The position numbers and the translations under genes were made by a program. The notes under the pieces were generated by a model. It had not been told where the DNA came from, made no database searches, and worked only from the letters and a program-made list of their open reading frames with translations. A DNA stretch of 64,000 bases, from NCBI GenBank assembly GCA_964627605.1, contig CAZVGZ010000001.1, positions 47,325-111,324 of the forward strand, written 5' to 3'. This document shows, one piece after another, positions 9,787 to 18,568 of the stretch. Origin of the DNA: an uncultured bacterium. GTDB taxonomy: Bacteria; Latescibacterota; MWCZ01; CAZVGZ01. Numbering within the stretch: position 1 is the first letter of the stretch; each line of letters opens with the position of its first letter.

Positions 9787-10214
9787 CGCTGTGTGTCCAA
9801 TCAGTTGCGGTGCGTCGGTGTACCGAGGGTTGTTCGTCTAAATGAATCTGACGTGATTGGTAAAGGATAAACGAAACGGGCGCGTCGGTCATGGATAGGC
9901 CGGAGTGTTTTTAACAGATAGCAGGATCAACATCAGGGCGATGCTGACTATGAATCAGATTGACTCTCGTCGCTGGAAAGCGCGATCCAAAGCAGCAAAC
10001 GCTGAAATTCCCGCTGAGAAAATGGTTGCATATCACTGCGGACTTTTTGGTCATCCACCACTGACCGGGGGTGGTTCAACGATCAATCACCGAAATTCAG
10101 CCTGACCGTACCCCATCTCAAGGTACTCACATCACCTCAAAAACCTCCACGCCATACCTCTATCTGTTGTGAACGGGCCAATGTCCTGCGATGCCGATCA
10201 TTGATGGGAGTTTA

Positions 10215-10613
10215 CTACTCCATTCCGTGTTTAGCTCGCCACTTCTTGGCCAGCTCTTCGCGTTTGGGATGGCCTTTCCAGTGGGCAGGCTCTGGCCACG
10301 GGTCAGGTATCTTCATCATCACGTCACCTCCATCCATCCACACCTTGAAGGTAGGTACCGGGTTTCTACCCATCATTGATAGGCCGTCGGTGATCCTCCA
10401 GACGTACTCATGCCTGGGGCATTCGACCAGACAGCCTTCTAATACGGTTCCCAGCGCCAGCGTGCTGCCCTGGTGAGGGCAGTGGTCGTCCAACGCGTAG
10501 AAGCTGCCTTCCACCCTAAACACCGCTACCCTGTGGCCGCAGACTTCCACAGGTGCGGCGTGTCCATCCTCCCACTCATCGACCGATGCTATTTTGATTG
10601 TATTAGCGGGCAT
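10215..10613 (-). CDS. Rieske [2Fe-2S] domain protein (NirD-like small Rieske ferredoxin)
   Basis: 132 aa. CPH at DDHCPHQG, then CPRH 17 residues later (CxH-X17-CxxH). Lies 18 nt downstream of the TIM-barrel gene at 10632-11576. Confidence 0.8.
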   Translation of the reverse strand: MPANTIKIASVDEWEDGHAAPVEVCGHRVAVFRVEGSFYALDDHCPHQGSTLALGTVLEGCLVECPRHEYVWRITDGLSMMGRNPVPTFKVWMDGGDVMMKIPDPWPEPAHWKGHPKREELAKKWRAKHGME

Positions 10614-10631
10614 TGCTCTTCTCCGTTCTTG

Positions 10632-11576
10632 TCATTCGGTCGTCAGCTCGCGCATAAATTCCACGCTGCTCTCAACGTGACGGGCTGCGGTTTCCAGAAC
10701 ATCTTGAGTCACCTCCTGCGATGGCAACCGGATGCCTGTGTCTTCTGGCGTCGTGATGATCTCGTACAGCGGCATATCTGGGACGCATTGCGGAGGCTTT
10801 GGCATTTTTGTCGCATATCCGTAGCACACCTGAATCATCAGACGCTCAAGATGGGGTGCAGCCGCCAATACCTCAACAATCTCAGTCAACGGTATGCGCC
10901 CAGACCCGAGCGCAACACCGGTGGACCAGACCTCTCCATCGTTGTCCCTCACCAGCACATGATCTTTGATATGAGTCGTCCTGGCGTGGGGTGCCAACAA
11001 CCGCGCCTCTTCAATTGGATCCTGGTAGAACGGTATTGAGTTGCCGCTGTCAAATACTGCACCGACCGCTGGCGAGTCCACCAGTTGGAGCAGCTCCACC
11101 AGTTCGCTGGCGGTCAGGTCCTCATGGTTTTCCACGGCCAATGAAACACCGGCGGCTTCATACTGCTCAGCCACCAAAGAGATCCGCGCGGCCTGTTGTT
11201 TGAGGGTAGCACCGATGTCATCCCCGCGTTCGTCGATAGTCGTCCTGACGACATCTGCATCGAGGTTGCGCGCCATCTCCAACACCAGGAGCATTTTTGA
11301 TGGATCGGTACCGCCTGAGGCTATCTCCAACGCGATCCCCAGTTCCGCTGCCCTCGATCCCACGCTCCGGAAATGTTCGGTGGTGCTACCGCTCAGTGCG
11401 CGGTGGTTCGGGCCGTTGATATTGATCTGCAAAGCGGTGAGATCAAGCGCTGTGACGCGGTCTAGCAGCGTGTCTATCGCCTGGTTGTCGTATCGCCAAT
11501 GGAGGTAGTAGCTAAAACTGTCCAGACCCAGCGAGAACCTTTGACCCAAGCTTGAAACCGATTGTGCGCTCATCAA
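10632..11576 (-). CDS. Sugar phosphate isomerase/epimerase (xylose isomerase-like TIM barrel)
   Basis: 314 aa. Has the xylose-isomerase-like TIM motifs (LDSFSYY..., ...LAVENHEDL..., ...HIKDH...). Confidence 0.7.
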   Translation of the reverse strand: MMSAQSVSSLGQRFSLGLDSFSYYLHWRYDNQAIDTLLDRVTALDLTALQININGPNHRALSGSTTEHFRSVGSRAAELGIALEIASGGTDPSKMLLVLEMARNLDADVVRTTIDERGDDIGATLKQQAARISLVAEQYEAAGVSLAVENHEDLTASELVELLQLVDSPAVGAVFDSGNSIPFYQDPIEEARLLAPHARTTHIKDHVLVRDNDGEVWSTGVALGSGRIPLTEIVEVLAAAPHLERLMIQVCYGYATKMPKPPQCVPDMPLYEIITTPEDTGIRLPSQEVTQDVLETAARHVESSVEFMRELTTE

Positions 11577-11621
11577 ACACCAACCTGCTCACTGACAGAT
11601 ATTGCGAGGCTATTAAACACC

Positions 11622-12000
11622 CTATTCGAGTTCACTCGACACGATCGGCGCTTCTTCGGCGCTTTGATCTGGGACATCCGGCCACCATTTATTCAGCGGC
11701 GGCGGAGTGTCTGGCTCGACCGACTCTCCTGGTCGGGGCACGGAAACAGAAACGCCCCCCCTCTTCGCAGCGACCAACAATCGCTCGACGGGTTCAGTCC
11801 AGGAGTGCAGAGCGAGATCAAATGTCCCCCAATGGACAGGTATATAAAGACCGCCTCCCAACATCAGATTGGCACGAACAGCCTGCTCTGGCCCCAGGTG
11901 CATATCAGCCCAGAGCGAGTCGTAGGCCCCTGCGTCCATTAGGGTCAGATCGAACGGCCCCAATCTTTCGCCGATCTCCGCAAAATAGGGGACATACCTG
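11622..12000 (-). pseudogene. C-terminal remnant (about 125 aa) of a NAPE-PLD-like MBL-fold metallo-hydrolase; no N-terminal half present
   Basis: Minus-strand translation gives ...[73 protein letters not shown]... This parallels the C-terminal half of the full-length gene at 58065-59156 ([49 protein letters not shown]...IHWGTFRL). A TAA stop lies immediately upstream, and the HxHxDH N-terminal part is absent. Confidence 0.6.
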
Positions 12001-12316
12001 TGTCACCGCTGTAAAACACACTCTTCCTCGTACTCAATACCTGCCGCGCAGTTTTGGCAACAACTTAAAGCCGCCACAACACGGCATTCCTGGACATGGG
12101 CTGTGATGACCGTTCAAAATGGTGTTTGAGATGATTCAACCGATGAGGTACGAGCGGTGGATTGAGACGACTTCGGTCTCAGCGTCACCTGACCTGTTGG
12201 CAACGTCGCAAGCGGGCAACCGGGTGTCCGTCAGAATCAGTCACGATCGGCAATTATCGTCACCTCACCGCCAGGACAGAAACCCACATAGAGGCCGAGG
12301 GGCGACGAAATTCGCG

Positions 12317-13147
12317 TTAACGGTCACAGTATTGAGATTGGCCAGGCCTGTCCCACCTAAAGGACCACAGTGCGTTGTCGTCGTGCTCAGTGACGTAGAC
12401 TGTCTGCCGATCCTCGCCAACAAAATGGACGTTGGATGGCCTCTCAAACGGCGTTTCTATCGACTCCTTCCAGTTTCCATCCGGGTCGAATACTTCGATG
12501 GCACCGCTGCCCCAATGCGTTGCCAAGAGGTTGCCGTCTTCGTCGAAATCCATTCCGTCTGGGCCGCCTTCCAAATCCCCCGGGAGCTTGCCCCAAAGCC
12601 GCTTGTCAACAGCCTTGCCTGGTCCTTCAATATCGTAGGCCCACAGGGATTTTGTCGGCGTCTCAGCGATTATCAGTGTCGAATCGTCGCCTGTGACAGC
12701 GATTCCGTTGCAGAACTGGTAGCCACCATCTATTCTGGTGACTTCGCCATCAAGCGCCCGGCAGAACAGTTCACCTACCGGCTTGCCTTCGCCTGAACCT
12801 CCCGGTGCTGTAATCCACAAGTTGCCATTGCCATCGAACGCACAGTCGTTACAACCTCTTATCGGTTCCCCAGCAAACGTCGCGACTTCGTGATGGACGG
12901 TGCCATCAGGCTCAACGCGAAAAACGCCGAGTCTCATGTCGGCGATCCAGATGTTGTTCTCCTTGTCGCACTGACATCCCGCTGGGATGCCACCGGTATC
13001 GGCGTGCGTGGTCACTTGGCCGCCTTCGGTTACCTGAACCAACAAGCCGTCGTTTGGGGCCACCATGAAGAACCGACCATCCAGATCAAGAACAGGTCCT
13101 TCTGCACCTGGGATGTTCTCAGCGATTTTTTTGAACTCACGCGACAT
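12317..13147 (-). CDS. SMP-30/gluconolactonase/LRE-like beta-propeller protein
   Basis: 276 aa with repeated propeller blades carrying DxxGNLW-type motifs (FDGNGNLWITAPGG, FDEDGNLLATHWGSG, ENNIWIADM). Confidence 0.7.
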   Translation of the reverse strand: MSREFKKIAENIPGAEGPVLDLDGRFFMVAPNDGLLVQVTEGGQVTTHADTGGIPAGCQCDKENNIWIADMRLGVFRVEPDGTVHHEVATFAGEPIRGCNDCAFDGNGNLWITAPGGSGEGKPVGELFCRALDGEVTRIDGGYQFCNGIAVTGDDSTLIIAETPTKSLWAYDIEGPGKAVDKRLWGKLPGDLEGGPDGMDFDEDGNLLATHWGSGAIEVFDPDGNWKESIETPFERPSNVHFVGEDRQTVYVTEHDDNALWSFRWDRPGQSQYCDR

Positions 13148-13270
13148 ACTGCACCTCCAAAAACTCTCTTCGCATTACAGCCTCAAAAAAGGGGCTTCAA
13201 ATAAAGGCAGCAAGTCTGTTGACGGTGCACCAAACGGCGCGAATCTTTACCAACACAGGGCTGATGGTTC

Positions 13271-14338
13271 TTAAATCTGATAGTGCCTGAAATTTTCACG
13301 TAACGTGCTGATTATCACCACAACTATATTCGTGACAGGAACGGCGATTATCATAGCCGCTAGACCACCTAGGCTTCCGGCGATGAGCACCACTGCGAAC
13401 ACAGCGAGCGGATGCATATTTACGCTGCGGCCGAGAATAAACGGCTGCAAGAAAATATTATCAACGATCTGGACTATGCCGAACACCGCCAAGACCCACA
13501 TGATCGATTTCCCTGTCACCACGGCAACAATCGAGCCGATGATCGCTCCGCTGGCAGGACCGACGTAAGGGATCAGGTTGGTTAGGCCAGCAACTGTTCC
13601 CACGATAACCGCGTATTCCAGTCCCACGATTTTAAGCCCTATCACGGCCAACAAGCCCACCACGAACGACTCCGTAATCTGGCCGCCGACATATCCGCCG
13701 ACTGCGTTATCAATCCGCGATATGAGGCTCAATGTCATCTCAAAATACCGGTTTGGCACCAGAGCGATGAAAGACCGCTTTATGTTGCGACCATCTTTGA
13801 GGATAAAAAACGCCACGAAAGGTACCACTACGAAATAGCTGATCACAGACAAAAGATTGGAGAAAAAGCCCTGGATCATGTCAGGTACGCGGTCGAGCAC
13901 TTCGCTTGCCGCGCTTCTAATGGTTTCGCCCAACTGGTTGCCGAGATTTGCATCGCCGAACAGGGTTTGACTCAATTCTGGGAAGCGCCCCTGGACCCAC
14001 TTTTGAATATCACCAGAACCGGTCAGGATTAGTTCGGCAAAATGTTGGATGTTCTCGCGCAAAGCCCCTATCTCTTCGATGAGTACCGGGATGAGAAATA
14101 TCAGCCCGATGACCACGCCACCGAGCATGATGAGGTACACGCCCACGATAATAGCCCAACGGGGCAGTCGCTGCCGCTCGCCGAGATCGACAATCGGACT
14201 CAGCACATAGGCGACCATGAACGCGGCAACAAAAGGAGCTAATATCGCCCCCAACCAGTAAATCGCACCGCCTGCGACCGCCAAAAATACAACCACTCCA
14301 GCTAGGCCTGCCCACCGTCTCCCTTCGTCAGACATCAT
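13271..14338 (-). CDS. AI-2E family transporter (PerM/YhhT-like)
   Basis: 355 aa with 8 predicted TM helices and typical AI-2E layout. Its start overlaps the stop of the cNMP-binding gene (ATGA overlap at 14335-14338). Confidence 0.8.
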   Translation of the reverse strand: MMSDEGRRWAGLAGVVVFLAVAGGAIYWLGAILAPFVAAFMVAYVLSPIVDLGERQRLPRWAIIVGVYLIMLGGVVIGLIFLIPVLIEEIGALRENIQHFAELILTGSGDIQKWVQGRFPELSQTLFGDANLGNQLGETIRSAASEVLDRVPDMIQGFFSNLLSVISYFVVVPFVAFFILKDGRNIKRSFIALVPNRYFEMTLSLISRIDNAVGGYVGGQITESFVVGLLAVIGLKIVGLEYAVIVGTVAGLTNLIPYVGPASGAIIGSIVAVVTGKSIMWVLAVFGIVQIVDNIFLQPFILGRSVNMHPLAVFAVVLIAGSLGGLAAMIIAVPVTNIVVVIISTLRENFRHYQI

Positions 14339-14904
14339 TCGGCCCGCTCCTCGGCGTCTTCCCTGCGCCGACCCTGATTTTGGGCTTCCGATTCTTCCAA
14401 AGAGTTGGTAATCTCGGATAGCCGCTCATTCGTAAACCGCAAACGTGTCACTATGAGCTGGGACAGCGGAATTAGCACCTTGACGCCTAGAGCGGTGTTG
14501 CGCTGCATCAATTCGAGCAGGTCTGGCCTAGAGATGGCCACAATGTTGGTTGGTCGTGAAGCGACAGCCGAAGCGGAGCGGGGCGATTCGTCCAGCAGCC
14601 CAAGTTCTCCGAAAAACTCGCCCTCGAGGATTGAAGCCAACACACGGTCATCGCCGCCTTTTTCATCGCGCTGCACGATGTTCACCTTGCCCTCCAGCAC
14701 GATATACATCGCCACACCGGGGTTATCCTGGTGGAAGATCGCTTCGCCGGACTGGTAAGTGCGAAAATGTACGATCCTCTCAACGTCATTTCGCTCCGAG
14801 CGGGAGAGGCCTTCGAATAGATGGATAGCCCCAAGTGTCTCGTCCAAGGATTCTTCTGATGGGCGGAGTCGCTGGATCACGCTTGTCCAGATACCCGAAA
14901 TCAT
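14335..14904 (-). CDS. Cyclic nucleotide-binding domain protein with no DNA-binding domain
   Basis: 189 aa. cNMP-binding fold motifs (FFGELGLL..., ...RSASAVA...) followed by a charged C-terminal helix. No HTH. Confidence 0.75.
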   Translation of the reverse strand: MISGIWTSVIQRLRPSEESLDETLGAIHLFEGLSRSERNDVERIVHFRTYQSGEAIFHQDNPGVAMYIVLEGKVNIVQRDEKGGDDRVLASILEGEFFGELGLLDESPRSASAVASRPTNIVAISRPDLLELMQRNTALGVKVLIPLSQLIVTRLRFTNERLSEITNSLEESEAQNQGRRREDAEERAE

Positions 14905-15701
14905 CGTGCTCCTCCTTGCCCTTTCCGGCCTGGGGCGAATGTAATTATGATTCTACCTGTCTGGTCAGCCGTGTTGGCACCAGACGGAAGTGGATCGAAG
15001 TGGCTCGCTCGCAAGAACGCCCTTGCGAACTCCTCCAAATCTGGGTCCTCTTTTCTAAGCGGTATGGCATCCACAACAGTTCCGTCGGCTGAGACTATGA
15101 GCGAAAACTGGAGTCTGGTGCGCGGCGGCAGGTCGATGAGGGTGCGCCCGGTTGCTGCGAAGAATTCGCGGCCCTGGAGCTGTCCTTCAATCTTGATTAC
15201 CGGCTCGACATCACCGCCAATCGCTTCGGATTCCATCGAACCTGCCGTACCGATGCCCTGATCAATGTCAATACTAGCCCCGGTATAGGCGATTTTCCTG
15301 TCCCCAAACAGGCCTCGGGGGTTGGTTTTGCGGGGGCTGGTAACCATCCGCCGGGGTTCGGTCACTTTGTCGTCTGCACTTGATACGCGGTCAGGAAGCA
15401 CGAGGCGCTCTTGATCGGTAACCCGCACCGACGGCACTTCGACCTCTGGGAGTTTACGATCCGGCGCTGCTTCCTGTCGATCGTCACTGGCGTCGGTGCC
15501 GCTAAAGGATCTGTCCAAAATCCTCGAAAGCCGCTCCGGTGATATCCGTCCTAGATTCAGTTCTACAAACTCCGTCGGCTTCTGTCTGTGGTTGACAGTA
15601 ACAGCCGCCGATAAGGCCGCCATCCCAACGAGCAGACCCACCGTAACAGCGCCGCTGCCATACTCTCTAATACGTTTCTTTGACAGACTTATCGAGATCA
15701 T
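14901..15701 (-). CDS. tonB: TonB-family energy transducer
   Basis: The preferred start is the ATG at 15701 (MISISLSKKRIREYGSGAVTVGLLVGMAALSAAV, an N-terminal TM anchor). A proline/charged linker follows, then a TonB_C-like C-terminal domain (VDAIPLRKEDPDLEEFARAFLRASHFDPLP). Overlaps the cNMP gene start by 4 nt. Confidence 0.6.
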   Translation of the reverse strand: MISISLSKKRIREYGSGAVTVGLLVGMAALSAAVTVNHRQKPTEFVELNLGRISPERLSRILDRSFSGTDASDDRQEAAPDRKLPEVEVPSVRVTDQERLVLPDRVSSADDKVTEPRRMVTSPRKTNPRGLFGDRKIAYTGASIDIDQGIGTAGSMESEAIGGDVEPVIKIEGQLQGREFFAATGRTLIDLPPRTRLQFSLIVSADGTVVDAIPLRKEDPDLEEFARAFLRASHFDPLPSGANTADQTGRIIITFAPGRKGQGGAR

Positions 15702-15799
15702 TTTTGGCTTTTTTTCTGGTGCGCCGCCCTGTGTCCAACAGCCCACCATAACATCCGTCACCCTAGAAAAAGATGTTCCAACCCACCCCTGTAATCCGA

Positions 15800-16207
15800 C
15801 TATCCGGTACTCCGCACGGATTCGGTGGCTATGAGAAATCTCTCCCACCCAGCGCTTCTGGCGAGGTCCATCACATCAACTACCGCCTCGAGCGGAAGAC
15901 GGCGATCGGCTCTCAAAACAATGATCTGATTTGGGTCTACGAGCCTCTGCCTAAGCTCCTGAATCAGCATCGGGCGGGTGAAGGACTCGTCATTGAGATA
16001 TATTGTTTGGTCGAACGCAACCGACAAGACGATGGATCTCTCCGAACTGATATCCCCGGCCACCGATTCTGGGAGTCGGACTTTGATGCCCAACTGAAGG
16101 AAAAAAGTGGACGACAGCAGAAAAAACACCAGCAGAAGGAACACGATGTCCGTCAGGGAGATCGCTGCGAACCCGGTAAGCAGCGGCTGGTTGGTGCGTA
16201 GCTTCAC
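15800..16207 (-). CDS. exbD: Biopolymer transport protein ExbD/TolR
   Basis: GTG start at 16207 overlaps the exbB stop (GTGA). The product VKLRTNQPLLTGFAAISLTDIVFLLLVFFLL... matches the ExbD N-terminal TM segment and periplasmic domain. About 136 aa. Confidence 0.75.
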   Translation of the reverse strand: MKLRTNQPLLTGFAAISLTDIVFLLLVFFLLSSTFFLQLGIKVRLPESVAGDISSERSIVLSVAFDQTIYLNDESFTRPMLIQELRQRLVDPNQIIVLRADRRLPLEAVVDVMDLARSAGWERFLIATESVRSTG

Positions 16208-16827
16208 GAAGACGACCCGCTGTCGGTGAGTATGGGGATGACCGCTCCCACTGCGGACTCCAAGTCGTTCGAGAACCGTTGGACCCGACTCACAAGATAG
16301 TTGTACGCCACCGTCGCCAAAATTCCGACAGACAGTCCAAACGCCGTGGTGACCATCGCCTCCCATATGCCACCTGCCAGTATCTTCGCTGTGACGTTCC
16401 CGATGACATACTCTATATCCTGGAAAGCTCGGATCATACCGGTCACGGTGCCCAAAAAACCGATGAGCGGTGCCACACCAGATATCGTTGCCAACACTCC
16501 GAGCTTGGCCTCAAGGGTGTAGGCAGCGCGGTTGCCCTCGTTTTCCACCGCCTCTTTTATCGTGTCGCGGTCGCGGTCTCGAACGCTGACCGCAGCCAAG
16601 ATCACCCCAGCGACCGGATCGTCCTCTACCTCCAAAATATGTTGGGCATCTTCAGGTCGCCCGCTTTTAAGAGCCTCAATCGCCTGCCCTACAGTCGAAT
16701 CGCCACTCGCCCTCAGCCTCGTATACGCCCAAGCCCTGTCTATCGTCACCCATATCGCAGTTGCTAGGCAGACGGCGATGGGGATCATGAGCCAGCCGCC
16801 CTTTGTCAGCATTGCCCACACTGTCAC
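16204..16827 (-). CDS. exbB: MotA/TolQ/ExbB proton-channel family protein
   Basis: 207 aa with 3 TM helices and the conserved ExbB C-terminal region (LATISGVAPLIGFLGTVTGMIRAF...GGIWEAMVTTAFGLSVGILATVAYNYL). Confidence 0.8.
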   Translation of the reverse strand: MTVWAMLTKGGWLMIPIAVCLATAIWVTIDRAWAYTRLRASGDSTVGQAIEALKSGRPEDAQHILEVEDDPVAGVILAAVSVRDRDRDTIKEAVENEGNRAAYTLEAKLGVLATISGVAPLIGFLGTVTGMIRAFQDIEYVIGNVTAKILAGGIWEAMVTTAFGLSVGILATVAYNYLVSRVQRFSNDLESAVGAVIPILTDSGSSS

Positions 16828-16852
16828 GTTGATGCTCCTTGTGTCATGATGT

Positions 16853-18568
16853 CTACCACTCCCTGCCGACGCCGAGAGCCAGTGTTAGGCCTGGTTCGAC
16901 AAACCCTTCCCACCGCTCGTAACGAGTATGGAAGATATTATACAACCAGAGCCGACCATAGAGGCCATGCCGCATGGGATGCTGGGCACCGATATCCATT
17001 ACCGCGTAGCTGCCCATCTTCACTCGTTTGCCCTGGGAATCTGCGTGGGGTCGGCGACCAATCCACGTCAGACGAGGCATCAGCCTTAGGTTCTCCCACA
17101 AGTCCATACTTGAGGAGACTTCGTGGTGGAAGTCAGGCACGTATGAAACTCCAGACCGTTCTTGGTAGGCTGACCAGAAGACCCTCAGCTTGCTTGCTAT
17201 GGACACCTTTGGTCCGACTCGATGTTGAATCGTAAGATATCCGGTGCGGATCGACACGTTGTCTTCATCATAGGTCAACTCGAAATCGGGCGTCGCGGCC
17301 CTGTCAGAGACCCCAGCCGTCGATCTATCCAACGCCGGAACAGCCCAGGGCTTGTCCCACACAGGGTAGTTCCTGATGAGGTTGAAGCGGAAGCCTGCGG
17401 TGATATGCCGTCCCTCGCCGCGCTGTGCGTCCACCCTGATGTCCAAGTCCGCCCTGTGGATAATCGGTTTGAGTGGTGTGTCGATGAAAAGAAACGGGTT
17501 GTCCCGGTAGGCTTCCCACAGGCCATATCGCTCAACACGCCCGCCTCCCCCGAATCGCGCCGTGAGCTTTAGCCACGACGTAACTCTCGCCCACGCATAT
17601 GCTTGAGCATACGGTTTTCTTATAGAGTCAGCGTCTGACGTAGCATCGAACGGGTTGACGCTGAAAAGTGTTACCCCCAACCCTCCGCCGTACCTTTCCT
17701 CCGGCCGGGTGAGCGCTTCGGCTCCAACGCTGGCTATCGTGGTGACACCTCCAGAGCTCTGGCCTCTCGATAGCGATGTGCGGTCGTAGCTCGCCTTGCC
17801 ACGGACGTAGAACCGCCGCCCGGCACGTTCTCCGTAGCCCTCAATAAGAACGCCGTTTTCTGTTCCACCACCGACCGGCTCCAGAGAGTCTTTGATGTTC
17901 CTACGGTCTATCTCAATCGAACCGTGCAGCTCGGTATCATCGACAGCACCGTCGCCTGCTATTTTGACAGCGATCCGGTTGAACGATCTCTCTCTATCAT
18001 CGCTCAGACTCCACACCCCGTTCATCCCCTCAATCAGCTTGAAACCGACAGCGCCAGCGGTGCGGTAGGGAAGCCGCCTGCCTGCGTCGATTGAAGCCAC
18101 GACCTTTCGGTGGGACGCTCCATCGCGATGCCCCGGGCCACCGCGTAGGCCAAATGATCCTGCAAGCTGCCACCCAGACCTCTCAGCGCGGCCACCGGCT
18201 TCAAGGGCCACGTTGCCTTGGTGGTTGATTAGCCCAGCGGCGTCAGCGGCGAAATCGCGCCCTGCTCGAACGATCCTGGGCAAAGCTATTTTGCCCCCAA
18301 CCTGCGGTAGCACCTCTAGACCTCTCATAGATGGTCGGTGGAACTCGCGGGACTGCGGCAGGGCGTAGCCGTAGGCCGATTCCAGCTTGTTTCCTTCGGT
18401 CTGAAGCTCCACCGCGCCCTGGCCGGTGATCACCAGCGAATCGGGCATGTCGAGGCGCATTCGCTGATCGGTGGGGTCGCTCTGTTGGGCCTGGATGTGT
18501 GGCGCATATATCAGAACCTGCCACACGAGAACCAGCGTCCATCTACCGCATGTTTTCAAGTCGCTCAC
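16853..18568 (-). CDS. Outer-membrane beta-barrel protein (short TonB-dependent-receptor-like)
   Basis: 571 aa. Signal peptide (WTLVLVWQVLIYAPHIQAQQ), a TonB-box-like DSLVITG near the N-terminus, Gly/aromatic-rich amphipathic beta-strands and a C-terminal aromatic residue (…LALGVGREW). At 571 aa it is shorter than typical TonB-dependent receptors. Confidence 0.55.
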   Translation of the reverse strand: MSDLKTCGRWTLVLVWQVLIYAPHIQAQQSDPTDQRMRLDMPDSLVITGQGAVELQTEGNKLESAYGYALPQSREFHRPSMRGLEVLPQVGGKIALPRIVRAGRDFAADAAGLINHQGNVALEAGGRAERSGWQLAGSFGLRGGPGHRDGASHRKVVASIDAGRRLPYRTAGAVGFKLIEGMNGVWSLSDDRERSFNRIAVKIAGDGAVDDTELHGSIEIDRRNIKDSLEPVGGGTENGVLIEGYGERAGRRFYVRGKASYDRTSLSRGQSSGGVTTIASVGAEALTRPEERYGGGLGVTLFSVNPFDATSDADSIRKPYAQAYAWARVTSWLKLTARFGGGGRVERYGLWEAYRDNPFLFIDTPLKPIIHRADLDIRVDAQRGEGRHITAGFRFNLIRNYPVWDKPWAVPALDRSTAGVSDRAATPDFELTYDEDNVSIRTGYLTIQHRVGPKVSIASKLRVFWSAYQERSGVSYVPDFHHEVSSSMDLWENLRLMPRLTWIGRRPHADSQGKRVKMGSYAVMDIGAQHPMRHGLYGRLWLYNIFHTRYERWEGFVEPGLTLALGVGREW

